From contig CANNMA010000002.1 in NCBI GenBank assembly GCA_947505805.1, positions 1 through 43,416 of the forward strand: a stretch of DNA of 43,416 bases, given 5' to 3'. Each line of letters opens with the position of its first letter. The first letter of the stretch is position 1. This DNA is from a bacterium. GTDB taxonomy: Bacteria > Babelota > Babeliae > Babelales > CAIQNR01. Made by a program: the position numbers and the translations under genes. The notes beneath the pieces are model-generated. The model was not told the DNA's origin and did not search any database. It worked only from the letters and a program-made list of their open reading frames with translations. This document shows positions 9,671 through 18,172 of this stretch, one piece after another.

Positions 9671-9926
9671 TATGTCATTACCAGTGAAGTGACAGCGTGG
9701 TAGAGCGTTTTACGCTCTAATAGCGAGAATAAGCGTGTGTAACCCAAACGTAACAAGAAAAAATCATCTTTGATTTCATATAGTACAAACCATTACTATA
9801 AACTCTATTCAAAAAAAATTTATCATAGGAATTTTTACAAAGTAACGTTTGGGTTACACACGCTCAATCGATCTGTCCAGAGTGCATAGCACTCTGACGC
9901 GATCTCATTTCACTGGTAATGACATA
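9671..9926. repeat. 256-bp composite imperfect palindrome (MITE-like element or structured RNA/DNA locus)
   Basis: Outer 18-bp inverted repeat TATGTCATTACCAGTGAA (9671-9688 / 9909-9926). Inner 20-bp inverted repeat AGCGTGTGTAACCCAAACGT (9732-9751 / 9845-9864). Each arm has its own local hairpin (9701-9719 and 9878-9896). AT-rich 87-nt centre. No ORF. Confidence 0.8.
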
Positions 9927-9998
9927 TTTGAGAACTTATTAGTTTGCTTGATAAAGCTTTTATTTAGATGTTGAATTTTTGTATAAATTCATCTCTAC

Positions 9999-10025
9999 AA
10001 AAAAAGAGCCCCGCGATTGCAGGGC
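9999..10025 (-). terminator. intrinsic terminator downstream of the 10056-10373 gene (copy B of the repeated hairpin)
   Basis: Same sequence as 6807-6834 (AAAAAAAGAGCCCCGCGATTGCAGGGCC). A T-run is also present on the plus side (10029-10036), so it could act bidirectionally. Confidence 0.75.
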
Positions 10026-10055
10026 CACTTTTTTTTCAGTCAAGAAAAATTACAC

Positions 10056-10373
10056 CTATTCCATAGAAACTGTTTGCTCTTGAGATCCATCACTGAGTTG
10101 AGCGCTTGATGCTTCTTTAAGAGTCATTTTTGCTACTGCTATTTTTAACAATTCTTCATTAGATTGTTTCAAGCTCTTATGCACATATCCAGCACCAATA
10201 AGTGATTGTGATAGCTCAAAACACCCCACACGACATTGCGGAGACAGTGGTGCATCATATTCTTGCACATCAGTGAGCGGCTTACGTGGTGAATCTGGAC
10301 GATAAAAATCACCTGCCTGAACTAAAGAAAAATTAACTCCAAAAAAAACAATTAACGCAAGTTGTTGCTTCAT
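10056..10373 (-). CDS. small hypothetical exported protein
   Basis: The ORF track extends to 10430, but the internal ATG at 10373 gives a classical signal peptide MKQQLALIVFFGVNFSLVQAG. Terminator about 20 nt after the stop. Confidence 0.55.
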   Translation of the reverse strand: MKQQLALIVFFGVNFSLVQAGDFYRPDSPRKPLTDVQEYDAPLSPQCRVGCFELSQSLIGAGYVHKSLKQSNEELLKIAVAKMTLKEASSAQLSDGSQEQTVSME

Positions 10374-10540
10374 AAAAACCCCTACAGAAATATACATTGA
10401 TCCCAGAAGTGTACAGATTTTATAAAACAATACTACGTTATTTTTGATTTTTTATTACCGAGTCATTGCTGTTGAAAGAAAAAGCTATTTATACTCAGGA
10501 TCATCTAACCTGTGAAAAAATTATTACTCAAGGAGTCATT

Positions 10541-11383
10541 ATGATGCATGAAATTCCATTCTGGTGGTATCTACTGATAGCCCGCTGGCAAGATATAATT
10601 GAAATAATCATCTTAAGCAGTGGTATTTATTATTTTTCATTGTGGCTCTCATATGACAAACAAAAACCACTTGCTCTTTCATTGTATGGATACTGTTTTG
10701 CTCTTATAGCAACTCAATTGATGAATCTTTCAACAATCTATCTTCTACTGGTTATCCTCTGCCCACTTGTTTTTTCTGTATTCATACTTCTACATCAAGA
10801 AACAATTCAAAAAAACTTTATAGGACTCCATGCTATTCAACCAGTTCAAAAACCTACCAATGATTGGATTGAATTAGCAGTTAGAGCAGCGCTTACTGCG
10901 GCAGGAGACAATAAAACAGTCTGTTATCTTATTGAAAAAAAAGATGATCTTTCAATGCTTGTTAATACCTCTCAGCTTGTAGATGCGCCTCTTTCTTTGT
11001 CACTTTTAAAATTAATCACAACAAGCAATCTCTATCAACAAGATAAAATGATATGGATCAACAGTCATACAAAAATAAAGGGCTATAATACTGACTGGAT
11101 CAAAAACTCTGTTGATACGTGGCTCACTAAAGACCTACAAATGCAAGACCAGTGGGTTCAAGATGCTCTTTTTTTCAGTACTAAAACAGATGTACTACTC
11201 GTAAAATGCATTCCAACAACACGCACATATACCATCATTGCTGGAGGAAAGCATAAAGAACACTTATCAGCACAAAATACCTGTATCGCAATCAAACAAT
11301 ACCTTTCTTCGTCTCATTCTTTACCAGGAGATTTTCATGCTCAATTCACCAAAACCACATCATCTCAAAAAACTCTTTCTTAA
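10541..11383 (+). CDS. CdaA-like membrane protein (diadenylate-cyclase-like architecture, catalytic motifs not detectable)
   Basis: ATG at 10541 with AAGGAG at 10530-10535. Three N-terminal hydrophobic helices plus a roughly 190-aa soluble domain, collinear by eye with CdaA. Followed by a YbbR-like gene and glmM, as in cdaA-cdaR-glmM operons. No DGA or RHR motif found. Confidence 0.45.
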   Translation: MMHEIPFWWYLLIARWQDIIEIIILSSGIYYFSLWLSYDKQKPLALSLYGYCFALIATQLMNLSTIYLLLVILCPLVFSVFILLHQETIQKNFIGLHAIQPVQKPTNDWIELAVRAALTAAGDNKTVCYLIEKKDDLSMLVNTSQLVDAPLSLSLLKLITTSNLYQQDKMIWINSHTKIKGYNTDWIKNSVDTWLTKDLQMQDQWVQDALFFSTKTDVLLVKCIPTTRTYTIIAGGKHKEHLSAQNTCIAIKQYLSSSHSLPGDFHAQFTKTTSSQKTLS

Positions 11384-11714
11384 ATGCTGTGCACTTCTCT
11401 TTGGATACAGCCTCTGGCTTGGTTTCACTGAACATCACAAGATACAAAAAACGATTTCAGTTCCTCTTACTTTTTTTAATGTTTTAGATGATATAAAAAT
11501 TGAAGCTCCTGAAACGGTACAACTCTCTTTATATGGAACACGACGAGCATTAGCTAATGCTCATTATAAAGCATCAATACATTGTAATGCTGCGCAATAC
11601 ACACAAGAAAAACAGATCCTTACACTCCATAATCAGCAGATCTTTTTGCCGAAAAATGTGCGCTTGTTACACTGTATACCAAGCACCATTACTCTTGAAA
11701 TTAAACAGAGTTAA
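11337..11714 (+). CDS. YbbR-domain protein (CdaR-like, single domain)
   Basis: ATG at 11337 with AGGAG at 11326-11330, overlapping the upstream gene by 47 nt. N-terminal TM (LFLKCCALLFGYSLWLGF), then a YbbR-like beta-rich block TISVPLTFFNVLDD..ETVQLSLYGTRRAL..STITLEI. Confidence 0.55.
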   Translation: MLNSPKPHHLKKLFLKCCALLFGYSLWLGFTEHHKIQKTISVPLTFFNVLDDIKIEAPETVQLSLYGTRRALANAHYKASIHCNAAQYTQEKQILTLHNQQIFLPKNVRLLHCIPSTITLEIKQS

Positions 11715-11795
11715 AAAATACTGCTATACCTCATGCCTGAACCTATTTTTTATACACTGGCAATTGGCCGCTTTATAACTCTTAAAGGACTTACC

Positions 11796-13115
11796 ATGCA
11801 AACGATTTTTGGTACCGATGGAATACGAGGAAAATTTGGAATAACACCACTCTCACCGCTCGATCTTATACAATTAGGAAACGCACTTGCACATTGGACT
11901 CAAAAATCACTCTCAACTAGTCCGCGAATTCTTATAGGACATGATACACGTGAATCAGCATCGCTCATGAAAGCTGCACTTAAAACAGGACTTTTACAGC
12001 ATGCGACTACACTATTTGACGCCGGAGTAATTCCAACTCCCGCCCTTTTTTACCTCGTTACAAAAACAAATGAGTACGATTTTGGCATAATGCTCACTGC
12101 ATCACATAATCCCTATCAAGATAACGGTATCAAAATTTTCAGTAAGAAAAATGGCAAACTGTCTGTAACTGAAGAAGCGGAAATTACTAAACTGTTTTAT
12201 GAAGCGCCATTGCATCAAGCCATGAACCAACTAGGAACAGATACCCCAAGCCCACTCGCTCTTGATACCTATTACAATGCACTCAAAAAAATGTTCCCAA
12301 AACATTTTTTACGTGGTCTTTCATTAGCTATTGATTGTGCTCATGGAGCCTATGCTCAGACAGCTCCTGCATTTCTTGAAAGCCTTGGCGCCAATCTCAT
12401 TTCTTTAGCAACAGAACCTAATGGAAAAAATATTAATGATCAGTGTGGATCGCTTCACCCTGAAACTATACAACAGATCACTCTTGATCATTCCGTTAAT
12501 GCTTCTTTTGCTTTTGACGGCGATGGAGACAGAATATGCGCTCTAACCGAGTCGGGGACCATTATGGATGGAGACGATCTTGTAGGTTTTTTAATGCATC
12601 ATCCTCAGTATGAAAAAAATAGTGCGATCGTGGGAACAATCATGAGTAATCAAGGCCTTGAATCATTTGTGACAGACCAAAAGAAAACGTTTTATCGAAC
12701 CCCTGTAGGAGATAAACGAGTACTGGAAAAAATGAAGGAACTTGGAAGTACCATCGGAGGCGAACCATCAGGCCATATTATTCTTAAAGATTTTTCTGAA
12801 ACCGCTGATGCTTTATTCGTACTGCTTCGAATTATCGAAACAGCCTTACTTACAAAAAACTGGTCATTACATGCTTTCAGTAAATTTCCGCAAATACTGA
12901 TCAATACCCCTGTTGCATGCAAAAAAGATCTTTCACAAAAACCGTATGTTGACATTATTGCGGCACAAGAAACGTCACTATGCAATGGTCGATTAGTAGT
13001 ACGTTATTCAGGCACTGAATCACTTTTACGAGTCATGGTTGAAGCAACCACAGAAGAACAAGCACTTTCAGTTGGAACAGTTCTTTCTGAACAATTAGCG
13101 CAAGCTTTAAAATAG
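11796..13115 (+). CDS. glmM: phosphoglucosamine mutase
   Basis: MQTIFGTDGIRG N-terminus, active-site TASHNPYQDNGIK, FDGDGDR metal loop, GGEPSGH sugar loop. The ATG at 11796 is preferred over the ORF-track start at 11733. Confidence 0.93.
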   Translation: MQTIFGTDGIRGKFGITPLSPLDLIQLGNALAHWTQKSLSTSPRILIGHDTRESASLMKAALKTGLLQHATTLFDAGVIPTPALFYLVTKTNEYDFGIMLTASHNPYQDNGIKIFSKKNGKLSVTEEAEITKLFYEAPLHQAMNQLGTDTPSPLALDTYYNALKKMFPKHFLRGLSLAIDCAHGAYAQTAPAFLESLGANLISLATEPNGKNINDQCGSLHPETIQQITLDHSVNASFAFDGDGDRICALTESGTIMDGDDLVGFLMHHPQYEKNSAIVGTIMSNQGLESFVTDQKKTFYRTPVGDKRVLEKMKELGSTIGGEPSGHIILKDFSETADALFVLLRIIETALLTKNWSLHAFSKFPQILINTPVACKKDLSQKPYVDIIAAQETSLCNGRLVVRYSGTESLLRVMVEATTEEQALSVGTVLSEQLAQALK

Positions 13116-13173
13116 AAAATTATTCATTAATGCCATCTCAACAACAATTATTTGAAACTATAGAGGAACAAAT

Positions 13174-13824
13174 ATGATGAAAAAAATAGTACCAAAAGTA
13201 CGCAAACTGACCTCACGAATATTCAATAAAATATGGAGTCTGCTTATTGATGGATTTTTTACACTTCTTCCCATCTGTTTAACCATAACGATAGTAACTT
13301 TCTCATTTGCTCTACTTAAGACAGTGCTAGCTCCTCTTCAAAATTTTACTATTCCTATACTTTCTAACATTCCCCACAATGAAATCATCGTAATGCTTTT
13401 GATCATTTTTTTAGCAGGACTCTTTCTTAAATCAATTGTAATGCGTTCGTTTTTTAATCTCTTTGAAGCACTTTTTTCACGCATACCTCTTGTTCGACCA
13501 ATTTATTTAGGAATCAAGCAGCTTGTTAATGCATTTTCACCAAGTGATAATCCCACCTTTAAAAAGATTGTCTTAGTAGAATTCCCACGTAAAGGGATGT
13601 ACAGCATCGGATTTTTAACCAGTGAATTTTCTTCTCAGCTTACCCCAGCTGATAAACACGAAACTTACTATTCAATATTCGTTCCAATGACACCCAACCC
13701 AACCAATGGATTTTTCATCGCTATCACAGAAAATGATTTCACTGAAATTAACCTGACTATCCAAGAAGCGATGACCCTTGTCATGTCCGGAGGCATCATT
13801 CAGCCAGATCATTTAAAGAAATAA
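13174..13824 (+). CDS. DUF502 family membrane protein
   Basis: Two N-terminal TM helices, then IPLVRPIYLGIKQLVNAF and the PNPTNGF block typical of DUF502. RBS AGAGGA upstream. Confidence 0.7.
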   Translation: MMKKIVPKVRKLTSRIFNKIWSLLIDGFFTLLPICLTITIVTFSFALLKTVLAPLQNFTIPILSNIPHNEIIVMLLIIFLAGLFLKSIVMRSFFNLFEALFSRIPLVRPIYLGIKQLVNAFSPSDNPTFKKIVLVEFPRKGMYSIGFLTSEFSSQLTPADKHETYYSIFVPMTPNPTNGFFIAITENDFTEINLTIQEAMTLVMSGGIIQPDHLKK

Positions 13825-13887
13825 AAATCTATGAATAGCTTGTTTATTCATTTTTATGGAAAAAAATTTATTCTGTAAATGTTTTAA

Positions 13888-14829
13888 CTAAAACTGCTTG
13901 TTAAGAAAACTACTATAAAAACAGTCGAGGAAAAATTCAGAATTCCCATTCTTTAAGGCACAATCACCTTCATATAAAAAAGCATGAGCTTTACGAAGTG
14001 ACTCGACTGAATGGAGCTTCCAATCTCGTTGTATGAACGAAAACGGCAACCGAAAAGCAAGTTGCTTTGCTTCGATAATTTTATTTTGCTGATAAAAACC
14101 AACTACCATCGATGCACGCCATAATTGCTCCGACCAATAGGTTGTCCAAAATGGACCTGCATAATCATCTTTTAATGCATGCCAGGCATTCCAAAAAGGA
14201 ACTGTTTTCAATCCAAAAAAATATTGGGAAAGCTCAAAGAGTGAGTTTTCTGTAGCAATAAGTTTTGGTAACCACTGCTTATTAAATTCAGTACTATTCT
14301 TTCCAAGAAAGGGAATGTACTGCATAAGTAAAAGCATCTGATCAAGAGAAGATTTAGGAAAATATTTCATAAGATCTTTGATTTTTACAAGATCAATTTG
14401 AGGAAACAAAAAACTGCTTATTAATGCTCGATCAGATTCAGAAACAGGTTCTTCTAACATAATTAATGAAATAGATGCATGTTTCCAGTCGTCTGAATGG
14501 ACCGAGCCAATAAGTACATGTGGCCCCTTATAGGAGCCTAAAAATTGTAATAACTGTTTTTTGACAGAAGCATCTTCAATAGCTGAAATATCACCCAACC
14601 ACAAGATCTCTTTTTGTCCCAAAAAAGTAGTTGAAAACTGTCCCTGAATAGAAGAAAAGGGAACTCCCTCAAAAATTATTTTCTTAGGAATAGTAGGATA
14701 GTTATTTCTGAGATGGGATAGTACTGTTGAAAAAAAAAGAGCTGGATACTGTTTACATCCAAAAAGTACAACCGAATTGGCATTCAATGACTGTGAATTG
14801 CATGCAGAAAAAAACTGCGTAAGATTCAT
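13888..14829 (-). CDS. holA: probable DNA polymerase III subunit delta (HolA-like)
   Basis: 313 aa. Layout resembles HolA: an N-terminal VVLFG block, a mid LFELSQYFF helix and a C-terminal SLRKAHAFLYEGDCALKNG block (compare the HolA D..lK.g motif). ATGA start/stop overlap with rph. Divergent, assigned by eye only. Confidence 0.45.
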   Translation of the reverse strand: MNLTQFFSACNSQSLNANSVVLFGCKQYPALFFSTVLSHLRNNYPTIPKKIIFEGVPFSSIQGQFSTTFLGQKEILWLGDISAIEDASVKKQLLQFLGSYKGPHVLIGSVHSDDWKHASISLIMLEEPVSESDRALISSFLFPQIDLVKIKDLMKYFPKSSLDQMLLLMQYIPFLGKNSTEFNKQWLPKLIATENSLFELSQYFFGLKTVPFWNAWHALKDDYAGPFWTTYWSEQLWRASMVVGFYQQNKIIEAKQLAFRLPFSFIQRDWKLHSVESLRKAHAFLYEGDCALKNGNSEFFLDCFYSSFLNKQF

Positions 14830-15605
14830 GCGGCGGTACTGAATGATTGCTGTTTTTTAGAAAGTGGCAAAGCTGTCATGGTAACTTGAGACTGTTCAAT
14901 TGCCATAAGCAAATCATGAACACCCTGTTGAGCACTAAGCCTCATTTCCTGAACAGCATCCCAAGGTAAGGGCGCTCCTTCAGTTCCACCTTGTATTTCA
15001 ACCAACTCATTTTTTCCGGTCATAACAAAATTAAAATCGGCCTGAACAGAAGAATCTTCTTGAAAATCAATATCTAAAAGAGGCATACCATTCACCCAGC
15101 CAACAGAAACAGCTGCTAGAGAGTCGGTTAAAAAAGTAAGGGGATTTGCTTTGCCCAGATGTAACTGAGCTTGAGCGTGATACAGCGCACAGTATGCGCC
15201 AGTAATTGAAGCAGTACGAGTTCCCCCATCTGCTTGTAAGACATCACAATCAATATGAATTGTGCGCTCACCTAATTTTGTAAAATCAACAACCGCACGC
15301 AACGCTCTGCCAATGAGACGAGAAATCTCCACAGAGCGATTGTTACGCTTCATAGTAATTATTTCACGAGGAGTCCGAACTCGGGTAGCTGCAGGGAGCA
15401 TAGTATACTCCGCAGTAAGCCACCCTTGACCTTTACCTCGTAGAAAAGCTGGGACACCATCCTGTATCAAAACGGAACACAAAACCTTTGTGTTCCCCAT
15501 TTCAAACAAAACTGATCCATCAGCATTTCCATAAACACCATAGGTTATTTTCAGAGGACGAATCTGAGTAGACAGACGACCATTTTGGCGTTTCATACTT
15601 ACCAT
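14826..15605 (-). CDS. rph: ribonuclease PH
   Basis: RPLKITYGVYGNADGSVLFEMGNTKVLCSV, GWLTAEYTMLPAAT and DCDVLQADGGTRTASITGA motifs. Confidence 0.93.
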   Translation of the reverse strand: MVSMKRQNGRLSTQIRPLKITYGVYGNADGSVLFEMGNTKVLCSVLIQDGVPAFLRGKGQGWLTAEYTMLPAATRVRTPREIITMKRNNRSVEISRLIGRALRAVVDFTKLGERTIHIDCDVLQADGGTRTASITGAYCALYHAQAQLHLGKANPLTFLTDSLAAVSVGWVNGMPLLDIDFQEDSSVQADFNFVMTGKNELVEIQGGTEGAPLPWDAVQEMRLSAQQGVHDLLMAIEQSQVTMTALPLSKKQQSFSTAA

Positions 15606-15626
15606 TCCTTAAGGATGAAATTCCAA

Positions 15627-17723
15627 TTAGCTGACGATCTTTAAACGAACGCGATCTAATTCTGAATCATATTCAATTACTTCAACACGACATTTCATGC
15701 CGATTGGGTAATTTTTATCAAGATCTTGTTGGTTTTCACGAGGAATTGCTGAGATATGCACAAGACCATCTTTACCTGGAACTATTTCAACAAATAATCC
15801 AAATTGAGCGGTACGGCGTACGATACCATCATACAAAGAACCTTTTTTGATTTGGCCAGCGAGAGTTTTAACCCACATAACAGCAAGATCTGTTCCTGCG
15901 CCTGGTTGACCAAATATCTTAACGGTTCCATCACTTTCAATATCAATAGTTGTTCCGGTTGCTTCAATGATCTGACGGATAACTTTACCGCCGCTACCAA
16001 TAACTGCACCAATTTTATCTGTATCAATTTTGAAAGTCACAACTTGTGGGACCAATTCTGACAAATTTTCATTCGGTTTTGACATAACTTCTTTCATCTT
16101 TCCTAGGATATGTAAACGACCAACACGAGCTTTTTCCAATGCATTTGCAAAAACGTCTTTTTCAAGCCCGCCTTTATATTTAATATCCATCTGGATAGCA
16201 GTAATACCTTTTTCAGTACCAGCTACTTTAAAATCCATAAGGCCAAAAGCATCTTCAAAACCACTAATATCAGTCAAGACTGTAAAATCACTTTTTTTGC
16301 TTTTTAAAAGGCCCATTGCAACACCACCGACCATATCTTTAATTGGCACACCGCCATTTAAAAAGGCCATAGTGGAACTACAAACAGTAGCCATCGAACT
16401 TGAACCATCAGATTCCAAAATATCGGAAACAATTCTGATAGTGTATGGGAACGATTCTTTATCAGGCAAAATGTATTTGAACGCTGAAGCTGCCAAGTGA
16501 CCATGGCCAACTTCACGACGACTTGGAGCACGAAGAGGCTTAACCTCACCAACTGAGAACGGAGGGAAATTATAATGAAGCATGAAGGAACCATCAACTT
16601 CACCGCCCATAATATCTTCTATACGTTGCTCATCTTGTCCGCTACCTAAAGTTAAAGTCGCTAAACTTTGAGTATCACCACGAGTAAAAAGTGAAGAACC
16701 ATGCGTGAAAGGAAGCAATCCAACTTCAGTTGAAATTGCTCTTACCTGATCAAATGAACGACCATCAGCACGTTTACCACCTTCACAAATAAGCTCTGTT
16801 GCTCTTACTTGAAACTCTTCTTCAAAGATATAATCAATAATTTTTTTCTGGGTATCAGAAGCTGCAGTAATATCTTGCTCATGCTGAGCAAATAAACCTT
16901 TCTTGAGATCATCAATAAAAGCATTACGTTGAGTTTTATTGCATCCAATCAGACCTTGCATTTTTTCTGCTGTTAAATAATCATAGGTTCTTTTTTCCCA
17001 TGTATTCCAATCAACAACCAAAGCAACTTGTTCTTTTGGAACTCCCAATTGCTTAACAATGTCATTCTGCCAGACAACTACTTCTTTAATTGCATCATGA
17101 GCAAGGAACAAAGCTTCAACGCATTCTTTTTCAGAAATTTCATTAGTAGCACCCTCAACCATACAAATACCTTCTAAAGTACCTGCAACAGTAATTTTTA
17201 CATCTGATTCTAATGATTGTTCATAACTTGGATCAACAACCCATTTGCCGTCAAGACGGCCAACTTCAGTTATTGCAATAGGACCCATAAATGGAATCTT
17301 TGAAACACTTAATGCAAGTGATGCAGCAAGTGATGCAATAGTCGGAGTAGTATGTTCTTTATCAACAGAATAAACCGTTATAATAATCTGAACCTGATTG
17401 AAATAATCTTTAGGAAACAAAGGACGAATAGCACGATCAATAATACGAGAAGTCAAAATTTCTTTATCAGTAGCTCTTCCCTCACGCTTAAAATACCCAC
17501 CAGGTATTTTACCTGCAGCAGAAAATTGCTCCCGGTAATCAACCGATAACGGAAAAAATCCCGGAAAATCCTTAGCAGGAGCAGATACTGCTGTTGCCAA
17601 TAAAACAGTTCCACCTTGCTGTAACCATGCTGATCCATCAGCTTGTTTAGCCACACTATTTATTTTTACTTTGTAGCCATATTTTGGCAATGTGAAGTCT
17701 TTCGACATAGAAAAATCTCTCAC
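15627..17723 (-). CDS. pnp: polyribonucleotide nucleotidyltransferase (PNPase)
   Basis: Two RNase PH domains plus KH (GAVIGSGGKVIRQI) and S1 (GSLYDGIVRRTAQFGLFVEI) domains. The start may be the ATG at 17708 rather than the GTG at 17723. Confidence 0.95.
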   Translation of the reverse strand: MRDFSMSKDFTLPKYGYKVKINSVAKQADGSAWLQQGGTVLLATAVSAPAKDFPGFFPLSVDYREQFSAAGKIPGGYFKREGRATDKEILTSRIIDRAIRPLFPKDYFNQVQIIITVYSVDKEHTTPTIASLAASLALSVSKIPFMGPIAITEVGRLDGKWVVDPSYEQSLESDVKITVAGTLEGICMVEGATNEISEKECVEALFLAHDAIKEVVVWQNDIVKQLGVPKEQVALVVDWNTWEKRTYDYLTAEKMQGLIGCNKTQRNAFIDDLKKGLFAQHEQDITAASDTQKKIIDYIFEEEFQVRATELICEGGKRADGRSFDQVRAISTEVGLLPFTHGSSLFTRGDTQSLATLTLGSGQDEQRIEDIMGGEVDGSFMLHYNFPPFSVGEVKPLRAPSRREVGHGHLAASAFKYILPDKESFPYTIRIVSDILESDGSSSMATVCSSTMAFLNGGVPIKDMVGGVAMGLLKSKKSDFTVLTDISGFEDAFGLMDFKVAGTEKGITAIQMDIKYKGGLEKDVFANALEKARVGRLHILGKMKEVMSKPNENLSELVPQVVTFKIDTDKIGAVIGSGGKVIRQIIEATGTTIDIESDGTVKIFGQPGAGTDLAVMWVKTLAGQIKKGSLYDGIVRRTAQFGLFVEIVPGKDGLVHISAIPRENQQDLDKNYPIGMKCRVEVIEYDSELDRVRLKIVS

Positions 17724-17753
17724 TCTCGTTTTAGAAAGTACGTATGCAAGTTA

Positions 17754-18011
17754 TTACTTTTTCAAGCCAAGAACAGTTAAAACTTTCTTGTATTCTTGTA
17801 CGTCAGTTCTTTTTAAATATTTTAAAAATCTTTTTCTCGTCGCTACTTTTTTCAAAAGCCCTCGACGGGAGCTGCTGTCTTTTTTGTTAATACCAACATG
17901 AATTGTAAGACGCGTAATATCATCTGTCAGTAATCCGATTTGCACTTGTGCAGAACCTGTATCACTACTGTGTTTTTTTAATTGTTCTTGTACATTCATC
18001 CGTTCACTCAT
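17754..18011 (-). CDS. rpsO: 30S ribosomal protein S15
   Basis: 85 aa. DTGSAQVQIGLLTDDITRLTIH..KKDSSSRRGLLKKV..RKRFLKYL matches the S15 consensus. Confidence 0.93.
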   Translation of the reverse strand: MSERMNVQEQLKKHSSDTGSAQVQIGLLTDDITRLTIHVGINKKDSSSRRGLLKKVATRKRFLKYLKRTDVQEYKKVLTVLGLKK

Positions 18012-18062
18012 ACGTTATAGCTTTATTTAGAAGCTTTTTGTTATCTAAGAATAGCAATCATC

Positions 18063-18137
18063 TGGTAGGCACGAGCGGGATTGAACCGCTGACCCCTGCT
18101 ACGTCAAAGCAGTGCTCTACCACTGAGCTACGCGCCT
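18063..18137 (-). tRNA. tRNA-Val (anticodon GAC), CCA encoded
   Basis: Hand-folded cloverleaf: acceptor AGGCGCG/CGTGCCT, D arm GCTC-AGTGGTA-GAGC, anticodon arm CTGCT-TTGACGT-AGCAG, T arm AGCGG-TTCAATC-CCGCT. Confidence 0.9.
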
Positions 18138-18172
18138 ATTTTAATCTGCTTACTTCTAACTGTATCATTCTT

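Noticed and set aside
10466-11714. Possible programmed frameshift or pseudogene joining ORFs 10466-11383 and 11238-11714
   Set aside because: The downstream frame has its own AGGAG RBS and ATG (11337) followed by a TM anchor. The simpler reading is two overlapping, translationally coupled genes.
14730-14738. A9 homopolymer inside the holA-like gene (and similar A/T8 runs elsewhere), considered as phase-variation tracts
   Set aside because: Runs of this length are expected in such AT-rich DNA. They lie in intact reading frames, and nothing suggests on/off switching.
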